A program made the position numbers and the translations under genes. The notes beneath the pieces are model-generated. The model was not told where the DNA came from. It made no database searches and worked only from the letters and a program-made list of their open reading frames with translations. Source: Octopus sinensis (taxonomy: Eukaryota). From it: 64,000 nucleotides of DNA. Every line of letters starts with the position of its first letter. Positions within the stretch are counted from its first letter, which is position 1. Location: assembly GCF_006345805.1 (NCBI RefSeq), contig NC_043006.1:29760001-29824000 (forward strand). The letters are read 5' to 3'. Positions 1-11,489 of the stretch are shown one piece after another.

Positions 1-1534
1 CTTTCGGAATAGCACACCTACATAAAGTTAGATTTTCTCTGAGGGATTTTACAATTTTTTTCTTTCCACCAAACCTTTGAAATTGATGGCGGGAGGCTTT
101 TTATGAAAAAAAAAATTTTTTAACTTAATTTCAAACAAAAAATGAAATTGATTTAGGCAATAGTGAAATCGTTTTTAATATTTTCATTAACCCTGGCCCT
201 GCTTAAATCCTAAAATTTTTGGCTTCTTTTTTCTAATTCTTTTTTTTTTTGACAGTTTTAAATGCAGACAGTCCAAATCTGCAATTTGTTTTTGTTTATA
301 ATTTTCTTATGAAAAGGTGTGATTTAAGGGAGACTTAGTTGTTTCCAGCACATACCATGACCACCATGTACCTTCCTTGTTTCTTTGTCACTCTGACATG
401 CATTGATATTTTTCAATATTTTTCTCCCCCATAAACACATTTTATAGAACAATGATGCAGTCATCCACAGCTGGGATTTAAGCAACAACAAAAATTTTGT
501 AATTTAAATTTTTAACCACCCAACACCTCACATCAAGCAAGGCCATGTGTGTGCAAAAAAAAAAAACATATTTACAAACAGAAAAGTATGCTATTAAAAT
601 AAACTTTTACATCCTTTTTTAAAATCAGCCTGTCGTCCTAATGAAATTCCCTTACAGACATGATATGCACACACACACACACACACACATACACACACTC
701 AGCATGAGCAATGTATTTTTATAAAGAATGAGAGAGTGTGGTAAATATATATAGAAAGAAGGAAAGTTTACTATGGGAAAAGTAAAAAATGGAAGAGAGA
801 GAAAGAGAGATGTTTTCTGTTGCAGTCACAGATTTTGAAATTTTAAAATTAAGTGAAAATTTCTAAATTTGGTATATTGATGTACTTTTTCATGCTGAAT
901 ATGAGTTTGATTCATTTATTCCAGAAAGAGTTTAGAAAAATGTTACAGAGGTTTAAAGTTTGATCATTTTTACCCAATCAGAAAACAGGATTTGTACATG
1001 ATAGCTGTGATAAAATGAAAGTAAGCATTAGAAGATTAGGTCTCAAAGCAAAATGAAAGCAATGCATCAGTGTTAATACATATGCAGAGAGAGAGAGAGA
1101 GAGAGAGAGACAAAGAGTGTGGTAAATATATAGACAGATAGATTGATAGTGACAGATAGTGAGGAAAGTTACCAATCTAAAAGTCGAGTTATTTCCCATA
1201 ACAAATTATATTTTTTCATTATTATTCATATACTCATTCTGCATTCACACTTTTAAATTTTACTTTTTATTTCCACCTGATATTTTCCTAACAACAAGGT
1301 CAGAAGGACACACAATGTAATAGCACACCTTTGATGCAAGTCTGACAAAATACCTCTCTAATGTCGAAAACCACAAATATTACTTTATTTTTCATTTAGA
1401 ATTTTCACATAAACTGGCATTGCAAATGGAGATGGTATGGAAACATTTGTAACTGATAATTAAAGATGTATTAAGGAATTTTCTTTGTCTTCTTTTCATT
1501 GGCATATATATTTTTTATTAATATTTAGCAGATA

Positions 1535-1665
1535 GGCGCAGGAGTGGCTGTGTAATAAGTAGCTTGCTTACCGACCACATGGTTCCGAGTTCAGTCCTAC
1601 TGCGTGGCACTTTGGGCAAAGCCTTGTGAATGGATTTGGTAGACAGAAACTCAAAGATGCCCATC

Positions 1666-1726
<61 letters not shown>

Positions 1727-1957
1727 TGTGTGTGTGTGTGCGTGTGTTTGTGTGTCTGTGTTTGTCCCCCCAACATCGCTTGACAACCAATGCTGGTGTG
1801 TTTACATCCCCATAACTTAGTGGTTCGGCAAAAGAGACAGATAGAATAAAGTACTAGTCTTACAAAGAATAAGTCCTGGGGTCGATTTGCTCGACTAAAA
1901 GTGGTGCTCCAGCATGGCCACAGTCAAATGACTGAAACAAGTAAATGAGTAAAAGAG
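1535..1957 (+). mobile_element. tRNA-derived CORE-type SINE (family A, OR-like), near full length
   Basis: Head GGCGCAGGAGTGGCTGTG..GGTTCCGAGTTCAGTCC, CORE-like TTGGGCAA, internal (TA)/(TG) tract, 3' body ending GACTGAAACAAGTAAA..GAGT; close copies at 6610 and 59885. Confidence 0.9.
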
Positions 1958-2778
1958 AAGTAAGAGACAGACTCAAAGTCCAACAGTTTCATGCACTGGC
2001 ATTTATGAAATGTCTGTATGTATATATATCAGCACTGAGTGAAAAACAAACCCTTTTTACATGGTTGCTTCTCCAAGGAGCAATTTATATGTTCCAGTGT
2101 ATTTTCATGCAGTAATGTATGTATGCCCAGTGTTGAATGCACTGTATGTTCTCTACCTTATGGCAGTATGATGACAAAGATTACTTCCCAACCGTAAATA
2201 TAATGCTGTCTGTCTCTATAAACTCAGATTGACCAATGTCTTCTGAATTGAGTTTAATAGACAGAAGCTGTGCAATAAATTACTCCCTGTGGGGGGGGGG
2301 GATGTGTGTGTGTAATCAAACCAAAGTACACTGTATCAAATCCAATGGAGTGAACTCAGGATTTATCTATCATGAAGTATCGTGTAATTCTTTATCTTAA
2401 TTCTGTACGTTCCCTATCATTCAATGTGGTTAGCCAGATCTGGATTAGATCAGAGTGCTAATAAGGTACCTGCTCAGATTTCAAATCCCTATTCCTTTAT
2501 GTTTTGATAGATATATATATAGGATTAAAGTAAAAGTTTTTATTTTCCAATCACTTTCGGAATTACAACAATTGATGGCTTGGAGTTTTAACTGCTATTT
2601 CTAGCGAGTCAGATATCCTATTCTTCGGGTATCTCTTTTGTGTTTGAATGTAAACTGTATTCCTCTTTGAATAATATATAGTCTATTGACTAATTTTTTT
2701 CTTTCTCGCTAGACCACTGGTAACTAAGAATTTTTCTATGAATATTCTTGCTACCCTAAGATTTTAATTAATGATAAA

Positions 2779-2813
<35 letters not shown>

Positions 2814-2815
<2 letters not shown>

Positions 2816-4110
2816 CTGTACAGGCCATGTACAGAGATGCTGTCAGTGAGGTGGAAGTTAACCATGAATATAGTGAAGAATTTGATGTACATGTAGGGAT
2901 TCATCAAGGCTCAGTCCTCAGTCCCCTCCTTTTCATCATTGTCCTCCAGACCATAACAGAGGAATCCAAGACCGGCATCCCTGGGAAGTACTATATGCTG
3001 ATGATCTTGCCCTCATGGAAGATTCCATATCAGAGAAAGAATATAAATTCCAGGTATAGAAACAAAACCTGGAATCTAAGGGCCTTAAGGTTAAATAGCA
3101 AAGACTAAGGTCCTAGTAAGCAAGAAAACAGATAGAACACTACTCCCTTCAGGTAGGTGGCCCTGTTCAATTTGTAGGAAAAGTGTAGACAGGAACTCCA
3201 TATGGTGTACCCATGTAAGCTATGGATACACAAGAGGTGCAGTGGGTTAATCGGAAGGTTATCAGAGAAAGTAATGTTGATATGTGGAAGATGCACAGGC
3301 ACCATAAAAACTACAGAGACTCAGGAAATTGATTCTCTCAAATGCCTTGGTGGCTCATTAGAGGTAGTGGATAATTTCTGATGCTTAGGGGATCAAATTA
3401 GTTGTTGGGGAGGATGTAAGGAGAATGTATTAGCTAGAATAAGAATAGTATGGAGGAAATTCAGAGTGCTGTTACCTCTGTTGGCTACGACAGGTTTCTC
3501 TCTCCGAGTGAAAGGAAAATTGTAAGGACTTCAAAGGTTAGAAAGGAATGAGGCTATTATGCTCTGCGGATGTGTAATGTAAGTGTATATGTTCGACAGA
3601 GTGTTAGTATTTTGAGAGAGAAGTTAGGCATAAGGGGAATTAAATGTTGTGAGCAAGAGAGAAGATTGTGCTGGTTTGGTCATGTGATGTGGATGGATGC
3701 TGACAGCTCCATAAAGAAGTGCTGATCTTTCAAAGTAAATGGAACATGTGGAAGTGGGAGACCCAGGAAGACATGAGATGAAGTACTGAAGAACAATTTC
3801 AGGATGCTCAACCTTTCAGGTGAGATGACAAAGGACCCAGATGCCTGGTAGAAAGAAGACCTGTACTCCTCAGTAGAAGTGCTAAGATTGGTCCTCCCTG
3901 GTGGCAAGGGTCGTATGCAGATTCCACATAAAAAGTATTCATGGCTGTGCCATGTAAAAGCACCAAACACACTCTGTAATGTGGGTGGTGTTAGGAAGGA
4001 CATCCAGCCATAGAAACTATGCCAAAACAGCTCTCCAGCTTACCAGCCCTGGTCAAACCCTCCAACCCATGCCAGCATGGACAGAGGACATTAAATGATG
4101 ATGATAATGA
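2814..4110 (+). mobile_element. RTE-clade LINE, 5'-truncated (RT, embedded PHD-like finger, 3' UTR, (GAT)n tail)
   Basis: RT motif GIHQGSVLSPLLFIIVL (ORF 2827-3108); Cys/His cluster WPCSIC..C..CKLWIHKRC..CGRC at ~3155-3297 across a frameshift; RRLCWFGHVMWM near 3660-3700; stops and frameshifts throughout. Confidence 0.9.
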
Positions 4111-4144
4111 TACCATCATCATCATTATGATATATATATATATA

Positions 4145-4325
4145 ACGGGAAGGTTTACGAAAATAAACAAAAGATGAAGGCAGGTGGAGTACAAACAAAC
4201 AAATGTATTAGTATGGCGCTCAGGAATAGAAATAGAACAAGTCTTTTACGTTTTGAGCCTACGCTCTTCGACAGAAAGATACACGGAAAAGAAACAAGGA
4301 GAGAAAAAAAATGTGTGTAGGAGCT
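4145..4325 (-). mobile_element. Short Penelope-like terminal repeat with degenerate hammerhead-like core
   Basis: Minus strand CTGTCGA-A-GAGC-GTAG-GCTC-AAAACG at 4274-4248; family assignment by motif resemblance only. Confidence 0.45.
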
Positions 4326-4342
4326 AATATATATATATATAT

Positions 4343-4462
4343 GGCATCCAGCCGTAGAAACACTGCCAGATCTGACTGGGCCTGACGAAGCCTTCCAGCT
4401 TCACAGACCCCAGTTGACCCGTCCAACCCATGCTAGCATGGAAAACAGACGCTAAACGATGA

Positions 4463-4466
<4 letters not shown>
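4343..4466 (+). mobile_element. RTE 3'-end fragment inside (TA)n
   Basis: GGCATCCAGCCGTAGAAAC..CCAACCCATGCTAGCATGGAAAACAGACGCTAAACGATGATGAT; (TA)n on both sides. Confidence 0.85.
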
Positions 4467-4501
<35 letters not shown>

Positions 4502-5102
4502 CATATATGCCTTGAGACATAGGCTCAATAAGCAGCTTGCAGAGGGCCTTACAAATTTATGGGTCTAATTCTAATCAATGCCATGACTTGCTATCAATAA
4601 ATCTATACTGTAGAGCCCAGTGATATGCCCAGATGCCTATAATGCTGTAAATAGCCTTGATTGGGTATCTGTACACATCAGATGATGGTGTGTTTCCACA
4701 TGAAAGTTTATAGAAATCAAAATTCAGTGAAATATGTACAAACACAATTGTATATATGTACTCCAAATGTAAAATGCACACACACACACCCTAAAAAACT
4801 GTCACTTAACATAAGTAGTGAACATGAGTAAAAAATGATGGACTAATTTGAAGCATGAACTGTAAAATAATTCAAAGTAATGCTTTGTTCTGTATACGAA
4901 TGTATGAAAATTTCCCTCAAAGAAATCCGACCTACTTATTAAAAGACGTATTGTATAATGTTAAATGCACTTTGTGTGAGAACAATATGAGGTGATCATA
5001 ATTGGACTCTTTGATGAGAGATCTATTCATCAAGGATGAATGAACATGAAACACTACCTTCTCCTTAAATGTAGTTGCTTAACATTAGATCAAAAGATCT
5101 AA

Positions 5103-5460
5103 TCTCTATATATATAAACAGCAAAATGTCTGTGTGTGTGTCCTTTATACAAATCCACAATTTTTCAGTTAGAGGGCTCGCACTTTCTATGGTCATTGAA
5201 AACCGTCCAAGGGTGGTCGTGCACATCTTTACATTTCCCCAGTCACCCCGCAAAGCCATTAAAAAATCAATAGAAGTGACTCTTTTGTGAATTTTCTATC
5301 CAAAACCCAATCAAAATGCCCGAAACTTGATACGCCAATTGAATGCCAGCTAGCTGTATGTGATTGGTCATAGATTTGGACAGTACTCGCATGTATGTGC
5401 GCACGCACACAGCTGTATATGCATACACTATGACCCGGCATTACCAGGTCATAGTGCTAG
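5103..5460 (+). mobile_element. Non-autonomous Helitron
   Basis: A|TCTCTATATATATAAA 5' end; subterminal hairpin ATGACCCGG-CATTA-CCAGGTCAT; CTAG|T 3' end; no TSD. Confidence 0.75.
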
Positions 5461-6609
5461 TATGATATAATTTTCCAGGCTATTAACCTTCAGATAAATA
5501 TTTTTATTTCTATCAGCCTTATTGAACCTATTGAAACGTATTGTTTTTATACATATTCAGGAATAAGACAGAAGTTAACTTGTGAGAATAATTGAAGGTA
5601 AAAGCCAAGCAGTGAGTAATTTTACATTGGCTGAAGCAGACTTAGGTGGAGAGATGACTTGTGGTTTGATAATTTAATGTAAATAGACAAAAAATTAAAA
5701 AATTGCTTTGTTGAAAAAAGTGCATTGTAGAGTTAGGGAGAAGCATCTCTGATGAAGCTAAGAACATTTGTACATCAAAGAAAATCTGATGAAAAGCTGA
5801 CATTTTTGTAAAGATCTGTGTGGAGAGATATGTTGTAAAGATCTGTCCAACTCATGCTAATATATGAAAGTAGATGTCAGATCATTGACGATGATGATGA
5901 TGATGATTATAAAGTACCTAAATTTATGAAGTTTTACACCCACACAAAGTTGCTGTGTTGGAAATTTAATATCAATACCAAGCGTTAACAATCTTGCCAA
6001 ATCTTATTATTACTCTTATCCTTCTGAATTTAGTTGTAATTAATATCACTAAAATCTTTTATCTTTAGAGACTAAACCAGCTTTTTCATTAGTTCCATTT
6101 AGGTAGTTAAATGTTATAGTGAGGTTCTAGATTACCAGATCAATGTCACCAGAGGTTTTTATCATTGCAATTATCACTGTAGCTTGCATCATACTATCGC
6201 TCATCAAACACCACCACCATTAACAATACCAACAACAATTGCTGCTTACCACCACTGCTACCACCATGTCCTTTATTGTTGTCTGTAGAAATGAATTGCT
6301 ACAACACCTACCAACACAAACCATTAAATCAACCCCGAGCTGGTTCCTCAGCATGCTATAAATAGTTTACAACACCCACCTCAAATTATATCCTATTGTT
6401 TTAAAAAAGGGAAAAATGCATTAAATACTTACAATCCTATCAACCCCTATCACTTCAATGCCTTGACTAACAATTCTACAACCATGTTTGCATTGTGTTC
6501 CAACCTTCGTACTTCTTGTCTCTCCAGGTCTTTCAAAGGTCTTATATTTGTAAAATATCTTATTCAAACACCATAGTAATATCATTCTCTTCTTCATTTG
6601 ATCTCAATA

Positions 6610-7020
6610 GGTGCAGGAATGGCTGTGTGGTAAGTAGCTTGCTAACCAACCACATGGTTCCGGGTTCAGTCCCACTGCATGGCATCTTGGACAAGTGTCT
6701 TCTGCTATAGCCTTGGGCTGACTAATGCCTTGTGAGTGGATTTGGTAGACGGAAACTGAAAGAAGCCTGTCATATATATGTATATATATGTGTGTATGTG
6801 TGTGTCTATGTTTGTGTGTCTGTGTTTGTCCCCCTAGCATTGCTTGATAACCGATGCTGGTGTGTTTACATCCCCGTAACTTAGCGGTTCAGCAAAAGAG
6901 ACCGATAGAATAAGTACTGGGCTTACAAAGAATAAGTCCTGGGGTCGATTTGCTCAACTAAAGGCGGTGCTCCAGCATGGCCGCAGTCAAATGACTGAAA
7001 CAAGTAAAAGAGTAAAGAGT
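6610..7020 (+). mobile_element. CORE-type SINE family A, full length
   Basis: Colinear with 1535-1957 and 59885-60330; AAAGAGT tail repeats. Confidence 0.9.
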
Positions 7021-7477
7021 AAATTAATAAATCCCTTTCATTTATCAGATTATTCACTAATAAATTCCCTGAATTTAGTCTCATTTCCAGTCCTTCATTA
7101 TAGCCAATGATGGTTGTAATTTGAAACCAAACTAGAATATAATGCATTTTTAAGGACCAATTAGAAGGTTAGAGTAGAGTGAGAGAAGTTTAATCAATGT
7201 CTTTTTATCGCTGCTGTGATGATGATGATGGTGATACATCTGTATTACAACAAACACTCATATTAGTGTATTTACCACAATGGCTTAAGCTATTCTTGAA
7301 GATCATGAAAGTCCTTTTCAAATAGTTGCCATAAATAATCATGTATCATTGGCCAGATCAGATTGCTGACCATATTGGCACCAAGAATCAAAACAGTGGG
7401 CTGGATCAACATTGAATGATCCTTTCTATTAACAGCACAAGGCCTAAAACCCTGTGAGAGGAGACTAATCAATTATA

Positions 7478-7628
7478 TCAACCCCGGTATTTCACTGGTA
7501 CTTAATTTATCAACTCTGAAGGGACGAAAGATTAAGTCAACCACCACAGAATTTGAACTCAGAATGTCAAGACGGACGAAGGTATTTTGCCCAGCATGCT
7601 AATGGTTTTGCCAGCTCACTGCCTTTTC
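7478..7628 (-). mobile_element. SINE family B (AAGGCGGCGAGCTGGCAGAA head), degenerate
   Basis: Reverse complement resembles 40743-40966 (GAGCTGGCAAAA..GAGTTCAAATTC..GATAAATTAAGTACCAG). Confidence 0.75.
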
Positions 7629-7944
7629 AGTACTGAATAATGATGATGTTGAAATGTGAAGTCAACACAGAGAAGATGACCAGTTCTGGCACCAGATAGC
7701 AATGAATTTACCAGTATTACCAGATTTGGCATATTTAAAGTACAGAACTCAACTGCATTTTTCTTTTCAAACCCAGTTATCAGATCCTTAAGAAGGAAAA
7801 TCTGAAATTATAAATATAAAACTTCACAGTAGCCAAAGAGAAGAGTGTACAAGTGCACAGGCACATCAGCTCTTGGAGTAGTTTTGCATCTCTTTGAGAT
7901 TAGAAACTGGATATCAATATTAGAGAGCCAACATGAAATAAGTT

Positions 7945-8450
7945 CCCCAATCTTACTGTCCTGGACTGGTCAACAAGTAGCAGGAAAAACCTCAAAGGAA
8001 CAAACTCCTCTGTCATTGCTATTAAGTAATACTGTTGACTGTGAGAATACAGATCAATTAATGTTTAAAGCAAACTTCTTTAAAGCATTGGGTGCATTCA
8101 ATAAAGTAACACTGCTAGCATGTTCAAGGTCCTAAGATCATAAGATTCATCTCATATTGAAGTTACACAATACAACAAGAGCAATGATCAACATTATAAT
8201 GTTGCAGCTTATCTGTCTGTCTTGTTTCTTGTTGACAGTAAAGGAGATAAGAACATTAAAGATTGTAAAGAGTCAACTGCTGGAAAGACCATTTTTATTT
8301 TGTGAACTTTAGGAAGATGAAAAATATTTGATTAACTCATCTACAGACAGATCAGAAGTCACTCAGGTTTGATCAGTTATGAATATCTTTAGCGTAAGAA
8401 GATTCATTTATGAGAACCACTGGTACATTGGTACTTATCTTTGTTGCAAT
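7945..8450 (+). pseudogene. Possible decayed ARF/ARL-family small GTPase relic
   Basis: Walker A-like ILLSWTGQQVAGKTS (7950-7994); after a frameshift HIEVT..HYNVAAYLSVLFLVDSKGDKNIKDCKE..AGKTIFIL* (8144-8305); motif order matches ARF/ARL proteins but with stops and indels. Confidence 0.3.
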
Positions 8451-8659
8451 ATTCACCAAGCTGATTCTATGGAATTCTCTTGGATTAAAAGCTTTCTGTC
8501 CAACTGCAGCATCACATTGTTGAGCTGTTGACTCTGATATACGTGGAAACTTGGTTATATCACCTCCACTTTTTATTATACATTTTTGATTCACTTGTTG
8601 TCACCTTCAACAATTCTACTGTTATGCAACCAATAGTTACCATTGCTGCTGGCAACAAA

Positions 8660-8800
8660 AGTCTTTTCCCTCAGAGTGAAAGGTAGATTATACGAAGCTA
8701 CTACTGTGATACTGTGGGGTAGTGAGACTTGAACCTTGAATGCAGAGGACATGAGAAGACTGGAAAGAAATGAAGCTTACATGTTCTGTTGAATGTAAGT
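8660..8800 (+). mobile_element. RTE LINE internal fragment (same family as 2814-4110)
   Basis: CTCAGAGTGAAAGGTAGATT matches CTCCGAGTGAAAGGAAAATT at ~3503; LNAEDMRRLERNEA. Confidence 0.65.
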
Positions 8801-9187
8801 GTGAATGAACATGTAGTATGCAGTCCTGCAAATTATATTCATCTGGACGGTCGCACTGATGACCTACGGACATTTATGTAAGTAAAATTACGTAATATGT
8901 TAATAGTGAAACATGTATGCGAATAATCCATATTTTCATTGCTTTTTCTTTTGTTTTGCTCGATTACATTTTGGTTGTTTGGCTAAATTTTTCTTGAGAA
9001 CATTTCTTAGTGATAAGACCACAGCGGATCTATTTTTAGCATAAGGGTGGTTTCCTTCTAATATGTATATAATACAATTTTACTGAACCTTCAGTTTTTT
9101 TATATGCTAGACCACTGCTGTGAAATCGATGTTAATTAAATTAACATCTAATTTCTCACCCTCATTTTAAATTTAAATTTATATATC

Positions 9188-9484
9188 GTAAAAAGCACCA
9201 TCCGATTGTGGCCGTTGCCAGCTTCATCTGGCCCCCATGCCGGTGGCACATAAAAAGCACCATCCGATCGTGGCTGTTTGCCAGCCTCGTCTGGCACCTT
9301 TGCAGGTGGCACGCAAAAAGCACTCACGGAGTGGTTGGCGTTAGGAAGGGCATCCAGTTGTAGAAACACTGCCAGATCAGACTGGGCCTGGCGCAGCCTT
9401 CTGGCTTCCCAGACCCCAGTTGAACCGTCCAACCCATGCTAGCATGGAAAATGGACGTTAAACGATGATGATGATGATGATGAT
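9188..9484 (+). mobile_element. RTE 3' UTR fragment with internal AAAAGCACC tandem units and (GAT)n tail
   Basis: Shared tail CCAACCCATGCTAGCATGGAAAATGGACGTTAAACGATGATGAT followed by (TA)n. Confidence 0.85.
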
Positions 9485-9919
9485 ATATATATATATATGA
9501 ATGTGAGTATATGTGGTTATGTATGTGTATTTAGCCTCCAAAGGCTCTGAAATGGAGCATCCTCAAGAAAAATGAATTTCATTTTCGAAATCTGCATCTC
9601 AAAGAGAAGAATAAACTGGCATTGCAAATGGAGATGGTACAGAACCATTTGTAACTTATAATAAAAGAGGTGTTAAAGAATTTTCTTTGTCTTCTTCTTT
9701 TCATTAGATTATTTACTCTTTGCCAAACCCATAAAACTTGGATTTTCTATATCTGAAGCATTTCGGCTTTAGCTTGGATCCCGACTATGTTGATAGCTCA
9801 GTATTTGGGTCAAGTGCTTCTCTGGAAATACCCCAACTTCACACCCAACCTGACCTTAGCCACTTGCTCTATACCAAATATACACTTCATATATTTGAAC
9901 TTATCTAAAAATATATATA

Positions 9920-10160
9920 TATATTCTTTTATTTGTTTCAGTCATGTTGACTGTGGCCATGCTGGAGCATCACCTTTAGTTGAACACATCGACCCCAGGA
10001 CTTATTCTTCATAAGCCTAGTACTTATTCTATCAGTCTCTTAGCTGAACTGCTAAGTTACGGGGACGTAAACACACCAACGCCAGTTGTAAGCGATGGTG
10101 AGTGACACACACACACACACACATACGACAGGCTTCTTTCAGTCTCCGTCTACCGAATCC
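9920..10160 (-). mobile_element. SINE family A, 3' two-thirds
   Basis: Reverse complement of family A body (TTTGTTTCAGTCAT..GCTGGAGC..GACCCCAGGACTTATTC). Confidence 0.85.
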
Positions 10161-10194
10161 TGAAGCTATACAGATACATATATTAATATATACC

Positions 10195-10385
10195 TGCAAA
10201 ACGTAACCACATGTGAATCATTGGCGATTTTCTTCCTCCGTCTTCCTTTCTATTGGACTCTCCTCTGTTTCTGAAGAAGAGCATTGCCCGAAACATTAAA
10301 CCATCTTTTTCTCCTTCCCTGAATGTCTGCTAACTTTACATGTGTCCTCACATTGTTGTTTTTTTGTGTTTGTTCTTTTTTGGGG
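10195..10385 (+). mobile_element. Short Penelope-like terminal repeat with hammerhead-like core
   Basis: CTGAAGA-A-GAGC-ATT-GCCC-GAAAC at 10271-10294. Confidence 0.45.
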
Positions 10386-10401
10386 ATTTACTATATATTA
10401 A

Positions 10402-10451
<50 letters not shown>

Positions 10452-10489
10452 CATTAACAGGATTAAGGCAATGAGCAAGTAGAGTTGTT

Positions 10490-10660
10490 ACTTCTCCTAG
10501 AAAAATGTTTGAGGCAGCATTTCGTCTGCTTTTATGTTCTGAGTCCAAATTCCACCACAGTCAACTTTGCCTTTCATCCTTTTGGGATCAATAAATGAGT
10601 ACCAGTTGAGTGCTGGGGTGGATGTAATCGACTTACACCACTCCCCAAAACTACTGAAAC
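10490..10660 (+). mobile_element. SINE family B, degenerate
   Basis: TTCTGAGTCCAAATTCCACC..TCAACTTTGCCTTTCATCCTTTTGGGATCAATAAATGAGTACCAG. Confidence 0.75.
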
Positions 10661-10814
10661 TAATGTAAATTAGCAAGATGTCTCTACCTCTTTCTGGTTG
10701 TCCATCATCACGAGTGAGACAACTCTGATCTTAAACTATTTATCTCCCTTGGTTATTCAATCCTCAGTATATTTACAGTGTATACTTCTGACTACACTAA
10801 GTAAAAAGGAATAA

Positions 10815-11150
10815 AGACCCCTTTCAGTCACAAATGATCATGGGATTGCACTTAGTAAGTTCCCCTCCTAGGAACAAATATGGGCAAAGTTGTCTGTGTT
10901 AGATCAGCAGTTGCCTATGCATATCGGCATCCCCTCTCCAAGCCACTGATGTTATCCCAAGGGAAATGGCAAAGGCCATGATACAGCTTGGCACCAGTGA
11001 TGTTGCAACTCATTTCAACAGCTGAGTTAACTGGAGCAACATGAAATAAAGTGTCTTGCTCAAGAATGCAATACAAAGCCCGGTCCAAGAACTGAACTCA
11101 AGACCTCATGATTATAAGCTCGACACTCTCACCACTGAGCCATGCATCTC
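10815..11150 (-). mobile_element. tRNA-derived SINE family C (TCTTGAGCAAGACACTTT type)
   Basis: Reverse complement colinear with 16572-16895. Confidence 0.8.
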
Positions 11151-11336
11151 AGCATATCATATGGTCACATGACAGATAATGATGGCTACATACTTTTGCT
11201 ATTGTTGGTAGTAACAGATAATGTGAGACTTGCAACCAATTGATAAACAATATTGCTGTTATTACTAACATACTAACATATATTCATTGTAAATATACAA
11301 ATGATAATTTTTTTTTTTCATATCATTGTCATCATG

Positions 11337-11367
<31 letters not shown>

Positions 11368-11369
11368 TA

Positions 11370-11404
<35 letters not shown>

Positions 11405-11489
11405 ATGTATGTATGTATGTATGTATGTATGTATACACAGGCACACTCGCCCTATTATCACGGTTGGTAACTTCAATGTGTCATTTTGG

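Noticed and set aside
7620-7801. Minus-strand open frame after a good acceptor (TTTATAATTTCAG) as exon 2 candidate
   Set aside because: Exon 1 ends in phase 1; joining gives GAT TTT CCT TCT TAA, an immediate stop; the open frame is phase 0 and runs into a SINE
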